Source of the DNA: Octopus sinensis | Taxonomy: Eukaryota | Direction of reading: 5' to 3' | Assembly: GCF_006345805.1 (NCBI RefSeq) | Contig: NC_043022.1 | Location: 24,552,001 to 24,616,000, forward strand | Length of the DNA stretch: 64,000 nucleotides | In this document: positions 1 through 14,323 of the stretch, piece after piece | Position numbering within the stretch: position 1 is the first letter of the stretch | How the letters are laid out: each line of letters opens with the position of its first letter | Translations under genes and position numbers: made by a program | Notes under the pieces: generated by a model | Database searches by the model: none | Told to the model about the DNA's origin: nothing | The model's input: the letters and a program-made list of their open reading frames with translations, nothing else

Positions 1-936
1 TAGTTTGCAATATAGACCATTCTGTGTGTGTGTGTGTGTGAGACAGAGGAGTGGGGAGATCAGAGACAAGATAGAGTCGGTTTTAATTAAGCAGTCTCTC
101 CGTTATTTCTAATGATCTTATCTAAGCTATATTATGAACATTGTAGCTTCTCTTCAGAGACCAAGTAGCAGATGATTATCATCGTCATCATCATCATTAA
201 TAACAACAACAACAACAATAATAAAATTGCAGGGAAATAAATATAAGAAAGATTAATGAAGCAGAACCAAGAAGAAAATCATATGGAAAAGATAAATAAA
301 TAAAATAAAATTTTAAAAAAATAAGAAAACTTATTCATTTAAAGAAAAAAAACTAAAATAAAGTAAAATCATAGTAAATACTCTGGTAGAAATCTTATTT
401 AAACATTGAAAATGATGAAAACTGAGATCAAATGATAACACCAAGCTATAATGTATTTGAAGACTATCTGAGTTCTCATTTTACATCCTGTCTGCCTGTC
501 TGAGAGAGAGAGAGAGAGAGAGTGTGTGTGTGTGTGTGTTTTTGCATGTCCTCTGCCCCTCCTTTCTAAACCAGCTGCAGTCAGAGAAAGAGTCTTCGAA
601 TTGAAGACCAGCCCGCAACAACCGGACAGAGAAGAAACGGATGGTGTAACTAACTGAGAAAAGAAGAGGAAGAGTAAATGAAAAAAAAAAAGAAAATATA
701 ATAAAAAAAGAGAACCATTTGATATGCTTCAGAAATATGATCTAGTGCATTTCATGTTCCGACTTGCTGGCTTCTAATCTGTAAAATGTTTATTTTCACA
801 TATCTATATCTACCTCAACTCTTTCAGCTAAAGAGAAAACATTAAAAACAAGAAAGGAAAAAAAGAGAGCAAAATTGGGGGAAAAATTATGAAAACTTGC
901 AAAGTCAACATTATAATATATATATATGTGTGTATA

Positions 937-999
<63 letters not shown>

Positions 1000-1024
1000 A
1001 AACATATATATATGTATATGTATG

Positions 1025-1058
<34 letters not shown>

Positions 1059-1225
1059 TATATACATATATATATACATAAATACAAACTTAGATATACA
1101 CACATACATACAAACATACCTACATTATATATACACCCACACACATATATACATACCTCTATACACACACACATATATATACATACCTCTATACACACAC
1201 AAACACACACACACATATACACATG

Positions 1226-1257
<32 letters not shown>

Positions 1258-1789
1258 ATGTGCAGCAGAAAGCATTTCTAATTTTTTTGTCTGTTTATAT
1301 TTATTTGATAGAATCTTTAAGAGGTGGAAGAAGGGATGTATGATACGACGGGGCACATGCTAGGGGTATTATGTGAACAGTATCATGTAAGGCTTATTAT
1401 GGAGGTTTCATGAAGAAAAAGTCTATGTTTATATCACTAGGTATAAGTTGTGTACATTTTGCAGAGATTGGATTTCAGCTGCTTCCGAACAAGAGAAACA
1501 AGGAACTCGAGTAAAAAAGGGCTCAGTAACAATGATATATTTCTGACATAACATGAAAATGGTCTCCCCAACTCCCCTAAAAAAAACTGTTGAAATTCTG
1601 TCTTGGAAGTAATCCCTGCTAGAATTACTTGAATATCTAGTATTGTGCAGTAAAGCAAACCACAGATAGGCCCACTGAAGACAACTTCCTTGCTTCCTTA
1701 TGCTTCGCTACCAAAAATAAAATAGGTTTATTCATGGAACAATCTCCTTTACCAATATGAGGTGTGTGTGTGTGTGTGTGTGTGTTTCT

Positions 1790-2143
1790 TTTTTATTCTT
1801 TTACTTGTTTCAGTCATTTGACTGCGGCCATGCTGGAGCACCGCCTTTAATCAAGCAACTCGACCCCGGGACATATACTTTTGTAAGCCCAGTACTTATT
1901 CTATCGGTCTCTTTTGCCGAACCACTAAGTAACGGGGACATAAACACAGATACACAAACATATATATATATATACATATATACGACGGGCTTCTTTCAGT
2001 TTCCATCTACCAAATCCACTCACAAGACTTTGGTCGGCCCGAGGCTATAGTAGAAGACACTTGCCCAAGGTGCCACGCAGTGGGACTGAACCCGGAACCA
2101 TGTGGTTGGTAAACAAGCTACTTACCACACAGGCACTCCTGTG
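1790..2143 (-). mobile_element. tRNA-derived SINE family A (CORE-like segment, internal CA/TA microsatellite)
   Basis: Reverse complement of GGAGTGGCTGTGTGGTAAG...GGTTCAGTCCC...CCTTGGGCAAGTGTCTTC...GAAACAAGTAAAAGAAT; many copies in the window. Confidence 0.85.
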
Positions 2144-2424
2144 TGTGTGTATGTGTGAAGAATCTGTAACCCAAGAGGAAATCTAACTCATGGAAGACAA
2201 TGGATGGAACATTGCAATAATGGTTTCGAATTTTAGCACAAGGCTAGAAATTTCAGGGTAGGGGGCTAAGTCACTTAAGTCAACCCCAACACTCAACTGG
2301 TACTTATTTATCGTCCCCTTAAAAGGATGAAAAGCAAAGTCAACCTTTGCAGAATGTAATTAATTAGAAGATATGCTGCAAAGCATTTCATCTGATGAGC
2401 TAATGATTCTGCCAGCTTGTCACC

Positions 2425-2464
<40 letters not shown>

Positions 2465-2561
2465 TAATAATAATAATAATAATAATGATAATAATAATAA
2501 TGGCTTTAAAGACAGGAGGATAGTCTCAACTGGAACATCTTTGATCTTAGATCTGCTATAT

Positions 2562-2604
<43 letters not shown>

Positions 2605-2644
2605 CAGCGGCAGTAGTAGTAGTAGTAGTAGTAGCAGCAGCAGC

Positions 2645-2676
<32 letters not shown>

Positions 2677-3494
2677 CAGCAGCAGCAGCAGTAGCAATAG
2701 CAGCAGCAGTAGTAGTAGTAGGAGGAGGAAGAGGAGGCCAATGACATCAATATCAACATCAATGATAACATTAGCCTTTCCTTAACTCGCAAACCCTCAA
2801 AACTTAACATACTGAGAAACTAGACTCCCCATATACAGAGATGATGCATAACTTATTTATTAACCTACAGATTCTCTCTCGTTCAATAAAAGCTTAGCAA
2901 ATTTTCAATTTTATTCTTTCTTTTTTTTCTTGATAAATTTTCTTTTCAAACACACAATGACATTTTAAATGTTGCTGAAATAAGAAAGGAATAATATCTA
3001 TCTAGAATAAATTTAAAATGGAAAGGAAGACATCATAACGAATTAAGTGGAAATTGCTACAATTAAGAACAAGTAATAGTGGTGGTGGTGGTGGTGGTTT
3101 ATATCTGACGTGTTATGTCAGACAGAAAAAAAATATTGCAATCAGTGAAGTGGTAGGCTGAGATTAAAGACATTATTGCACTGAACAGGTTACGACTTGT
3201 CTAATAACTATACTAACCTCCAAAGGTGGTCACTTACTCTGCTGATATAGTATATTGAGCCAAGTGCAATTTTATTTTTAATTCTATCAAGGCCACATAC
3301 CACACACCAACACACACACACACATGAGTGCAGTTTATTTCAATGCTATATAGGTACTCAGTTCATTTTTTTTAGAAAAAACTAAAATATGCAACAAATA
3401 AACTAAAAAAAAAAAATATACAACTGCATTATAAAAGAACTAAAAAATCAAAATATACAATGGCATAGGAGTGTATATATTAAAATATACAATA

Positions 3495-3890
3495 GGCGTA
3501 GGAGTGGCTGTGTGGTAAGTAGCTTGCTTACGAACTACATGGTTCCAGGTTCAGTCCTACTGCGTGGCACCTTGGGCAAGTGTCTTCTACTATAGCCTCG
3601 GGCCGACCAAAGCCTTGTGAGTGGATTTGGTAGACGGAAACTGAAAGAAGCCCACTGTGTATGTGTGTGTGTGCACGCGTGCACCTTTGTGTTTATCCCC
3701 GACTGCCCCTTTCCAACCAATGTTGGTTTGTTTATATTTCCATAGCTTAGTGATTCAACAATTAGAGACCACTAGAATAAGTAAGTACCAGGCTATAAAA
3801 AATAAGTACTGGGGTTGATTTGTTAGATAAGAACACTTGAAGGTGGTACCCCCAGCATGGCTACAGTCCAACGACTGAAGCAAGATAAAG
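3495..3890 (+). mobile_element. SINE family A
   Basis: Head GGCGTAGGAGTGGCTGTGTGG; diverged 3' half. Confidence 0.8.
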
Positions 3891-3929
3891 AATTGCAACC
3901 CTACAACCCACACCACAAACAAAAATGTA

Positions 3930-3978
3930 TATTTGCTTATATAAGTGTGTACTGCATATCTACACATACACTCGAATG

Positions 3979-4009
<31 letters not shown>

Positions 4010-4520
4010 CTATCTGTAAAAAACCAACACACTTGGTGTTTCTTAAGTTTTTTAATATATATATATATATATGTGTGTGTGTGCATACACATATACATGC
4101 ATGCTTGTATATGTATATGTGTGTATATATAAAAATATGTGTCTATATATATATATGGGGGGGGGAGTTGTATATTTACTTATATAAGTGTGTGTCTATC
4201 CGTAAAATACCAACACACTTGGTGTTTCTAAAGTTTTTTAATATATATATATATATATATATATGTGCATACACATATGCATGTATATTTGTATATGTGT
4301 ATATATGTGTGTGTGTATATAAGTATATGTGTGTATATATATGTATATGTGTGTATGTGTGAGAAAATTGTATATTTGCTTATGTAAGTGTGTACTGCAT
4401 ATCTACACATACACTTGAATGTGTGTGTATGTGTCTATCCATAAAATACCAACACACTTGGTGTTTCTAAAGTTTTTTAATATATATATATATATATGTA
4501 TATATATATGTATATGTATA
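3930..4520. repeat. Tandem triplication of a ~200 bp microsatellite-containing unit
   Basis: CCAACACACTTGGTGTTTCT.AAGTTTTTTAA recurs at ~4025, ~4210 and ~4449. Confidence 0.8.
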
Positions 4521-5117
4521 TGTGTGCATACACATATGCATGTATGTTTGTATAAATATAATCATATATGTATGTGTGTGTATATATATGTGTGTGGGAA
4601 GGTTGTGCATGTATGTCCAACTTACTTATGTCTCTGTGTGTATATATATATACATACATACAAACACATTTATGCATATACATACATGCAGGCACAAATG
4701 TTGTTTGTAACAAACAGGAGAAAAAAGCAATCAATTCATTGTGTAGACAGAGGGTGATTATATTTATACAGCCAGAGCCGTATGCCATTACTTAAATTTC
4801 ACATTTACTTGCTCACTCAGACGACAAAGATATTTATAATTACATTAACATTTATTTTCAGGGCTAATCTAGGATTGAACTGTGAATACATACATACATA
4901 CTTAAATTCGTACGTACGTATGTATGTATTAAAAGTGTAGATACAAACACATCTTTTTCTCTCCCCACATCTTGTTCTCATATAAACTGTTTATGCTTGC
5001 ATTTTGATTTTCATTTCAAATACACAAACTCACACACACGCAGACTATATCACCACCACCATCATTTAACGCCCATTCTCCATGCTGGCATGGGTTAGAT
5101 GGTATGATAGGAAATAG

Positions 5118-5350
5118 GGCGGCGAGCTGGAAGAAACGTTGGCACGCCGGGCGAAATGCGTAGCCGTATTTCGTCTGCCGTTACGTTCTGAGTTCAAATT
5201 CCGCAGAGGTCAACTCTGCCTTTCATCCTTTCGGGGTCGATAAATTAAGTATCAGTTACGCACTGGGGTCGATATAATCGACTTAATCCGTTTGTCTGTC
5301 CTTGTTTGTCCTCTCTGTGTTTAGCCCCTTGTGGGTAGAGTAAAGAAATA
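5118..5350 (+). mobile_element. tRNA-derived SINE family B (~235 bp) inserted in a family C element
   Basis: GGCGAGCTGG.AGAAACGTT head, B box GAGTTCAAATTCC, GCCTTTCATCCTTTCGGGGTCGATAAA central domain; 12-bp duplication GGTATGATAGGA at 5101-5112 and 5351-5362. Confidence 0.9.
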
Positions 5351-5599
5351 GGTATGATAGGAGTTGGCCAGCTGACGAGCTACCTAGGTTCCATTTTGTC
5401 TATTTTGGTGTTTCAACAACTGGATGCCCTTCCTAATGCCAACCACTTTACAGGATGTACTCGGTACTTTTACATGGCACCAGCACCCACAAGCTACAAA
5501 ACTAGAGCCTCTCAGCTGAGAGAGGAATATAGAGGATATGCCAGTATGTATGGATGGACACCATATATATAAAAGCACAGGTGTGATGACTAAATTGTC

Positions 5600-6135
5600 C
5601 CCATTTTATATTTTTAATTTCATGCATGAACATTGTTTGTTTTTGATTTTGTGGACTACACAGTATAGTAGGGTCAGTTGGGCACTGTCTGTGAGAAAAA
5701 CAGCACCATGATGCAATTCATTCTGCCAGAAATTTGGAAACAGCATGCTGTACTGCTTGGTATTTGCTTGAGAAACTCCAGTACAAAACATTTCAGCGTG
5801 TTTGGATGTCAGTCTGAGAGTGATAAAAATCAAACATCCAGTCAACATCATGGTGTTTGGAGTGATCAACTAGTGATTGGGATGTTATGCCTCCATTCAT
5901 CTTCCCACTAGTCCTACATCTTGTACCTGGAGGAGGTAGTGCTGCCCTGGGTCAAGAGGGTGGCTGCTGGAAGACCCTATGTTTGGCAACAGGACTCCGC
6001 ACCATGCCACACAAGCAAGAACACTCAGTCATGGCTGTCAGACAATTTCTCTAACCACATCACTCCTAACATCTGACCACCTACTCCCCAGAATGCAACC
6101 CCCTTGATTATTATGTGTGGGGCACAGTTGTAATT
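5600..6135 (+). mobile_element. Tc1/mariner DD37D (maT-type) transposase remnant
   Basis: KIKHPVNIMVFGVI..GDVMPPFIFP..YLEEVVLPWVKRVAAGRPYVWQQDSAPCHTSKNTQSWLSDNFSNHITPNI*PP(N)SPECNPLDYYVWG; 37 residues between the second and third Asp once a 1-nt deletion is repaired. Confidence 0.85.
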
Positions 6136-6214
6136 TTGGTAAATATATCTGTTAAAATGAGATGTCAGTGTTATTTTCATATTTTTGTAATTTAGATGAC
6201 AATGTATTCACAGC

Positions 6215-6251
<37 letters not shown>

Positions 6252-6849
6252 GTGCAGGTTTGGCTGTGTGGTAAGAAGTTGTTTCCCAACTACATGACTC
6301 TAGGTTCAGTCCAATTGCATGGCTCCTTGAGCAAGTGCCTTCTGCTATAGCTGTAAGCCAACCAAAGCCTTGTGAGTGGATTTAGTAGATGGAAACTGAA
6401 AGAAGACCATTGTGCATATATTTGTTTGTGTTGTGATTATATCCCTTTATTCCAATATAGCTGAAAGAAGAGGGACAGCCCTTTGTAGGTTTTCTTAGGA
6501 TGCTGAAATCATCTGTGGTCCTTAGTAAAGATTCTGCCTAAAAAGTTTCACTCATACATGATTGGCCAATCTGGAACACTGGTAGAAGACACTGGTAGAA
6601 GTGTCTTCTACATGATTGGCCAATCATGGAACACTGGTAGAAGACACTGGTAGAAGTGTGCCGCACATGGGGATTGAACCTACGAACCATGACATTGAAA
6701 TGCTAACTTGTTAACCAAACAGCAAAGCCTAACTTAGTATACAGTTTATAAAAACTCCTGAACAAAACGTAGTCAGTTGTAAAACTGTATAATTAACAAC
6801 AAACAATATTCCTTAGCATTTGGAAATGCTTGGAGCATGTGTGCATTTG

Positions 6850-7343
6850 AAATGGTGGTGGTGGTGGTGATGGTGGTGGTGGGGTATTGATGGTAATGAT
6901 GGCGGTGAAAGGAGAGGGTAGTGATAATGGGTCTTATTAGTGGAGATGATAGGGGTGCTGGTAGTAATGGTGGTGGAAGTGATGGTGATGGTAACACTGT
7001 GGTAATTGGCGATGGTATCTTAGCAGTGGTGATGGCGTTGGAAATGATGGTAGTAGTGATGACAGAGGTAATGGTGATGTGAGGATAGAGGTAATGATGG
7101 TGGTGGTGGTGGTGGTGGTGATAGAATTGATACTGGTAATGGTAGTGGTAGTGGCGATAGTGGAAGAAGAAGTGGTGGTAATAGTGGAGGAAGTAATAGT
7201 AAAGGTGATGATTACAATGGTGTCGTGATAGTGGTAGTAGTGGTGGTGGTAGTGACAGTAATAGTTGTGGTGGTAATAGTAGTTGTAGTGATGGTGGTGG
7301 TGGTGGTAGTAGTAGTAGTAGCAGCAGCAGAGGTGGTGGTGAC

Positions 7344-7375
<32 letters not shown>

Positions 7376-7572
7376 AAGTAGTAGTGGTGGTGGTGGTAGC
7401 AGCAGAGGTGGTGGTGGTAGTGACAGTAGTGGTGGTAGTGGTGGTAGTAATAGTTGTAGTAGTGGTGGTGGTGGTGGTAGTAGTAGTAGCAGCAGCAGAG
7501 GTGGTGGTGATGGTAGTGACAGTAGTAGTAGTGGTGGTGGTAGTAATAGTTGTAGTGGTGGTGGAGGTGGCC
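6850..7572. repeat. Compound (GTG/GTA/GAT)n trinucleotide tract
   Basis: Direct reading; source of the poly-T/poly-V ORFs. Confidence 0.95.
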
Positions 7573-7974
7573 ACTATTGAAAAATGAATAACGTTCCTCA
7601 GAGCAATTCAACTTTAGGCAGTACACTTGTAAAAATCGAGATAAAATTACAGATTTGCCATGAACAGGTTAGGAAACACCTCCAGCAGAAAGAAATTCCA
7701 GGAATAGGTGATTCGGGTGCTTCACGAAACACTCCAAAGACAATTGGTTCCAACATCATGCTAAGAAAACACAGTTCCTTAATGGAGAATTGTTATGAGA
7801 GAGAGAGCGAGAGAGAGAGAGAGAGACGGAGATCAAGAAAATGTTCATGTGGGTATACATGTGAGAAAGAAATGCAGAATGTGTGTATGTGTGTGTGTGT
7901 GCCTGTGCTAGAATACATGTGATTGCATGCACATGTGGGTGTGTGTTTTGTTAAGAACAAAGATCAAACATCAA

Positions 7975-8145
7975 GAGATACACACACACATATATAAATG
8001 CATACATCCATTTTTATATACATATGCAAATACACACACACACACACACATATAAATGCATACATCCATTTTTATATACATATGCAAATACACACACACG
8101 CACACATATATAAATGCATACATCCATTTTTATATACATATGCAA

Positions 8146-8184
<39 letters not shown>

Positions 8185-8470
8185 AATGCATACATCCATT
8201 TTTATATACATATGCAAATACACACACACGCACACATATATAAATACATACATCCATTTTTATATACATATGCAAATACACACACACACACACACATAAA
8301 TACATACATCCATTTTTATATACATATGCAAATACACACACACACACAAATAAATACATACATCCATTTTTATATACATATGCAAATACACACACACACA
8401 CATATAAATGCATACATCCATTTTTATATACATATGCAAATACACACACACACACACATATATACATACA
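7975..8470. repeat. Minisatellite, ~45-60 bp unit x ~10
   Basis: ATAAAT(G/A)CATACATCCATTTTTATATACATATGCAAATA(CA)n repeated with variable CA length. Confidence 0.95.
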
Positions 8471-8701
8471 CACATGCATATAATAAAGAACTCAACTCTA
8501 TATTGAAAACAGAATATTCTTTCTGAAAAAAAAAAACATAAATATATAAATAAATAAGCCCTACAGCCTACTAAATCGGTATCAGTTCCACTTGATGATA
8601 GATGATGTCTATTTCATAGCAAGACAAGCAGCAGTGTTTCATTTCAAGTATACACAGACCATTCAGACCAGCATCATTGTGCATGTGCGTGTGTGTGTGT
8701 A

Positions 8702-8755
<54 letters not shown>

Positions 8756-9016
8756 GAAAGCCATGGGAATCAACCTCCCAGCACAGACAATCTGGTTTAC
8801 AATGATAATGCTGTTGTCGATTAGCCCCAGGTCATCTCAGATCCAGTAGATATAGCCTAGCCACGATCGTCTTGCCTTTGTTATATTTAGCCATTAGAGT
8901 ACCTAACACAATATCAACTGCTCGGCATTCAGATTATTCAAATGTAAAGCTTATTCATTCACAGCCTTTCGAATTAATCATGCATTATCTCGTGGCTTCA
9001 AGATTTAGATGATTTA

Positions 9017-9227
9017 CTCTTATACTTGTTTCAGTCATTTGACTGTGGCCATGCTGGAGCACTGCCTTTAGTCGAGCAAATCGACCCCGGGACTTATTCT
9101 TTTGTAAGCCCAGTACTTATTCTATTGGTCTCTTTTGCCGAACCGCTAAGTAACGGGGACATAAACACACTAGCATCGGTTGTCAAGCAATGCTAGGGGG
9201 ACAAACACAGACACACAAACACACACA

Positions 9228-9265
<38 letters not shown>

Positions 9266-9433
9266 TACGACAGGCTTCTTTCAGTTTCCATCTACCAAAT
9301 CCATTCAGAAGGCTTTGGTCAGCCCGAGGCTATAGTAGAAGACACTTGCCCAAGGTGCCATGCAGTGGGACTGAACCCGGAACCATGTGGTTGGTAAACA
9401 AGCTACTTACCACACAGCCACTCCTGCGCCTAT
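9017..9433 (-). mobile_element. SINE family A, full length
   Basis: Close match to 50832-51235. Confidence 0.9.
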
Positions 9434-9559
9434 GATTAGTTTTTATTTAGGACAACATTGTAGGGTAGACATGAGAGGACAAATCTGACCAGTTTGGACA
9501 TAAAACTGGTAGAACGTTTGGGTCGGATATGGCTGGTTGAAATGCTGATTTTTTTTTTT

Positions 9560-9812
9560 TTTAAAGATGGAATGATTTGGCATATTTCGGTCATATTATG
9601 CTGAGAAAATCCCTGGAGAAGGACATCATGCTCGGAATGGTCAGTGGCAAGAGAGGAAGAGGCCGACCAAGAACCCGCTGGCTTGACACCATCAAGAGTG
9701 ATACTGGAATGGACATAGCCAATCTGAAAGAAGTGGCCCAGGATAGAACTGACTGGAGGACACTGATCCAATGAGTAACCGAGAGTCGACTTCGACTGAG
9801 CGGATAGATAGA
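9560..9812 (+). mobile_element. RTE/BovB-like LINE 3' end
   Basis: ORF 9577-9774 YFGHIMLRKSLEKDIMLGMVSGKRGRGRPRTRWLDTIK..DRTDWR followed by the BovB-like tail GAGAGTCGACTTCGACTGAGCG. Confidence 0.85.
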
Positions 9813-10799
9813 TAGGGAATGATTTGAGGGGTGATTTGACTAGTTCAAGCAAGCTGAGCAATTACCCGACAGAGATTTCATCATCATCATCAACATCATT
9901 ATCATTTTACATCTGCTTTCTAACCTGGCATGAGTTGTGTGTGTGTGTTGGGGGGGGGGGGAGAAGTATGATAAATCATGCTATCATACAAGTGACAGAA
10001 AGACTACTCAAACAAGCTCTTCATAGCCACAGGAATTCCTGGATCTCTTCCAGAAACTTTACCATAGAAGCAATGTTAATAGCCACATACACAAAGCTCT
10101 GGTATATCACTGACCTTAATTCAATTAAGTTGGGTTAAATATTTTAGATCGATGGTTGGCTGATGGCAAAATTTCCAGTGGTCCACGCAAAATCCTGTCA
10201 TATAATTGCAGTCATATTAAACACTAGGGTTTATCACTATGTACATGCATTTGCCTATTTCAACTGTTTTTCTTTAAGTTGCATTATTTGCAGATAAACT
10301 GAAATTTTTCTGTTTAATTTCATTAGTTTTATGCTCAAGAGACCCATAAAAATATTTGGTAAATCAAAAGTGGTCTGTAATAAAATAAGAACCCATGCTT
10401 TAGACAGTCATAAGGCGACTGGATTTTTCAATTATGTGATTGTTCATATTTAGAATGACATAGTAGGGAAGGTGTGAAAGGCCAGATATGGCCAAATTTC
10501 TATGTTAAACTGGTAGAATATTTGAGTTGGATAGTTGTTTAAATATCTACTTCTAAATAGGATTCTTCAATGATTTGGATAAAGATATTTTTTTATCAAA
10601 AATATGAAATTCAGAACATTCTACAATAATTTTCAGGACACATTAAAGGATAGATTACAAAAAGTGAAAAATGATAAAATCGACAAACTTGTATAAAATT
10701 GATATTTGCTGCCTACATATAGGATGCAATATTACCTCCACCACAAAAGTGGCGAGCTGGCAGAATCATTAGCACACCAGGTAAAATGCTTCATGGTAT

Positions 10800-11013
10800 A
10801 CTTTTATTCTTTTATTTGTTTCAGTCATTTGACTGCGGCCATGCTGGAGCACCGCCTTTAGTTGAGCAAATCGACCCCAGGACTTATTCTTTGTAAGCCA
10901 AGTACTTATTCTATCGGTCTCTTTTGCCGAACCGCTAAGTAATGGGGACCTAAACACACCAGCATTGGTTGTCAAGCGGTGTTGGGGGGACAAACACAGG
11001 CACACAAACATAT

Positions 11014-11050
<37 letters not shown>

Positions 11051-11215
11051 CAACGGGCTTCTTTCAGTTTCCGTCAACCAAATCCACTCACAAGGTTTTG
11101 GATAGCCTGAGGATACATTAGAAGACACTTGCCCAAGGTGCCACGCAGTGGGACTGAACCTGGAACGATCTGGTTGGTAAGCAAGCTACTTACCACACAG
11201 CCACTCCTGCACCTA
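10800..11215 (-). mobile_element. SINE family A, full length
   Basis: Close match to the other family A copies. Confidence 0.9.
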
Positions 11216-12579
11216 TAAATGTAAAGAATGTAAAGATGTATTTCATCCATCTTTATATTCTGAGTCCATCAGGGATGACTTTACCTGTCATCCTTTCAGA
11301 GCCAACAAAATAAGTACCAGTTGAGCACTGGAGTCAATGTGATCGACTTACCCCTTCCCCTGAAACTGCTGGCCTTGTGTGCCATAATTTGAAGCCAATA
11401 TTACCACCACCACCACCACCACAAAAAATAATAAAAAAAGCAATTTAAAACTTACTTCACGTCTAATGCGTTCGCATTACAGATGGGAGACCAAACAACA
11501 CTGCAAGTGCCAAATACTTAGCTAGTAGTTGGGCTAGTTAACTTTGTATATCTATATAAAATACCACGTGAAGGCTCAGGCATTCACTAACCGCAAAAAT
11601 TATGTTGCTAAAAATATTATTAAAGATAAAATACTTAAAAAACAAGCTGAATTATCCTAATCTGTTAGCGCAAACGTATGGCAAATTTGTTTAAGAACTA
11701 AATAATAGCTTACAGTACATTTGAAGCTAACAGTAGAAGGAATTTCATATCACCTCACTGTACCTCCTTCCCCAGTAACCCCAAGCCAGATACATGTCTT
11801 ACATTATTTAATTACTGCGTTACCTTTAAGAAACATTTGTTTATTATCAACTGGTAAATAAAAAGAAACGCTACCAGAAAGATTAAAGGATGTTCACAAC
11901 ATCAGCTGTCAGTCAGTTATACAGCTAATGGTTGATTACAAAACAATAGAGATGATGCTACACCCTGTGGCGGATCACGGCAACGAAAAAAAAAACACCA
12001 CAGCCAAAAGTATGAGCATCACATCTTGGTAAATCTCTTGACCAAAAATATATATTTCTTTATTGCCCACAAGGGGCTAAACATAGAGAGGACAAACAAG
12101 GACAGACAAATGGATTAGGTCGATTACATCGACCCCAGTGCGAAACTGGTACTTTTATTTATCGACCCCAAAAGGATGAAAGGCAAAGTCGACCTCGGCG
12201 GAATTTGAACGAAATCCTCACACAATGACTTTGATCAGAGATAGATTCTGATTATGGTTATTCACTAACATTTTTGATTTATGGTAAATTTCCTGCGTAC
12301 TGCAAGATTCATGCATCAACAATGACAAAGCACTGTTACAACACTGACCTTTTGGCATTCAGTTTATTCTGTCAAATGTTATGCATATTTATTCACATTG
12401 TTCTTGTTATGAATTAATCATGCATCATCATGGAGGTTCAAGGTTTCAATGACATGGGTGTTTGTGGGAGGCCAGATCTGGTCAGTTTGAGAATAAAACA
12501 GATAGAAATATTTATGCCAAATATGGCCAGTTTAAATGCTAAAAGGTTAAATTAAAGATCCTTCTTATAATCTACACTT

Positions 12580-12973
12580 ACTTTACTTTTACTTGTTTCA
12601 GTCATTTGACTGTGGCCATGCTGGAGCACCGCCTTTAGTCGAGCAAATCGACCCCAGGAATTATTCTTTGGAAGCCTAGTACTTATTCTATCAGTCTCTT
12701 TTGCCGAACCGCTAAGTGACGGGGACGTAAACACACCAGCATCGGTTGTCAAGTGATATTGGGGAGGAGGACAAACACAGACACACAAACACACACACAC
12801 ATATATACGACGGGCTTCTTTCAGTTTCCGTCTACCAAATCCACTCACAAGGCTTTGGTCGGCCCAAGGCTATAGTAGAAGACGCTTGCCCAAGGTGCCA
12901 CACAGTGGGACTGAACCTGGAACTATGTAGTTCATAAGCAAGCTACTTACCACACAGCCACTCCTGCGCCTAT
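12580..12973 (-). mobile_element. SINE family A, full length
   Basis: Close match to the other family A copies. Confidence 0.9.
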
Positions 12974-13321
12974 ATACTATGGATAGTTAACATATGATTC
13001 AGGCATTCGATGTGTTATTTAAAAAAACCTACATCATTAGTTTGGGTTAGGTTTCAGGCTCAGAGAACTGAGCTTGTTAAGGAAAACTAAGATGTAATAC
13101 CAGAGAAAATTAGGTAACTGCTTGTGGCCTTTAGATGAATAAATCAATAACACATTCAACTCTTTAACATTCAGATTACTCTGACAAATGTAATAAGTTA
13201 TTGACATTGTTTTGAATTAATCATCCATTATTTCGTAGCTTTGAGATATCAATGATGTGTTATTTTAAGGATGACGTTGTAGGGTAAGTCTGAGATACTA
13301 GATCTGACTGATTTGAATATA

Positions 13322-13555
13322 TATTTCTTTACTACCCACAAGGGGCTAAACACAGGGGGGACAAACAAGGTCAGACAAACAGATTAAGTCGATTACATCG
13401 ACCCCAGTGCGTAACTGGTACTTAATTTATCGAGCCCAAAAGGATGAAAGGCAAAGTCGACCTCGGGGGGGAATTTGAACCCAGAATGTAACGGCAGACA
13501 AAATACGGCTATACATTTCGCCTGGCGTGCTAATGTTTCTGCCAGTTCGCCGCCT
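13322..13555 (-). mobile_element. SINE family B inside a piggyBac MITE remnant
   Basis: Full-length match to 5118-5350. Confidence 0.85.
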
Positions 13556-13589
13556 GAATGTAAGCTGGCTTAAATGCTAAAAGGATTAA

Positions 13590-13870
13590 AACGTTTGTGA
13601 AGGAGAACTGGAACAAATAGATGGAGACTTGAGATTTTGAAGCGATAAATACAGAAAGAAGGAAAGAAGCCATTATTGTAGAAAGTAAATAGTTTTAAGG
13701 GATGTTGTAAAAGAGATAGTGGTGAAACCATTAATAATGCCATGGATGGTACTGAGGATGATTTATTGTTGAAAGAAAATATTGACAACTCAGATCCTAC
13801 TCCACCGACAGATTACTACGGATGTCAGCAGAGAGAATGAGTTTTCAGGCTTTGAGGATGCTGGTTTTTT
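13590..13870 (+). mobile_element. pogo/Tigger-type transposase C-terminal remnant
   Basis: 13688 onward reads NSFKGCC...INNAMDGTEDDLL and, after a frameshift, ENEFSGFED, matching the pogo-family SFKKC.ISNA.DGTEDD..EFEGF tail. Confidence 0.7.
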
Positions 13871-14250
13871 CCCTAGTTTTGCAGATGATGCTTCCTAGGT
13901 TTCACAAAATGATGATTAAATAAGCCTTCGAGATCTTCACCCCGCCCCTAACACTTATTCTACTTTACTGCTTGCTACGTAGCCTATGCTATTTACTAAA
14001 ATACCAATTTTCTATTACATTGCATTCAATTTTTTTCTCTCCCCCTCTGCTACTCATTATAAAATATATTTGCTTTGTCTGCATCTACAGTATCTACAGG
14101 AACTCATTCACATTTATTGTACTTTGCTGCTGGCTTTGTACCAGTTTTTACCGATATATTTGCTTTGTCTACATGTACCAGTAATCACAGACAACTTGTT
14201 TCATTTCAGCTATACTGTACTACACTATATATGCTTGTGTGTGTATGCAC

Positions 14251-14323
<73 letters not shown>

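Noticed and set aside
575-655. CpG-containing segment with a GTCTTC/GAAGAC hairpin and a minus-strand acceptor
   Set aside because: No clear donor or product; the 6-bp stem is within chance.
1465-1530. Plus-strand acceptor TTTTGCAG followed by DWISAASEQEKQGTR
   Set aside because: No convincing donor and no recognisable protein.
2385-2425. CTGATGA suggesting another hammerhead
   Set aside because: Part of a decayed SINE B head; no stem II or GAAA downstream. The same applies to CTGATGA at ~52990.
7212-7587. Poly-Thr (mucin-like) and poly-Val ORFs
   Set aside because: Trinucleotide repeat read in both directions; no splice or domain context.
3930-8470. Regularly recurring repeats resembling a CRISPR array
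   Set aside because: Eukaryotic context; spacers are microsatellite rather than unique; no cas genes.
11517-11541. Short hairpin TTAGCTAG/CTAGTTAA as a possible miRNA
   Set aside because: Stem too short, and I recognise no conserved miRNA seed or mature sequence anywhere in the window.
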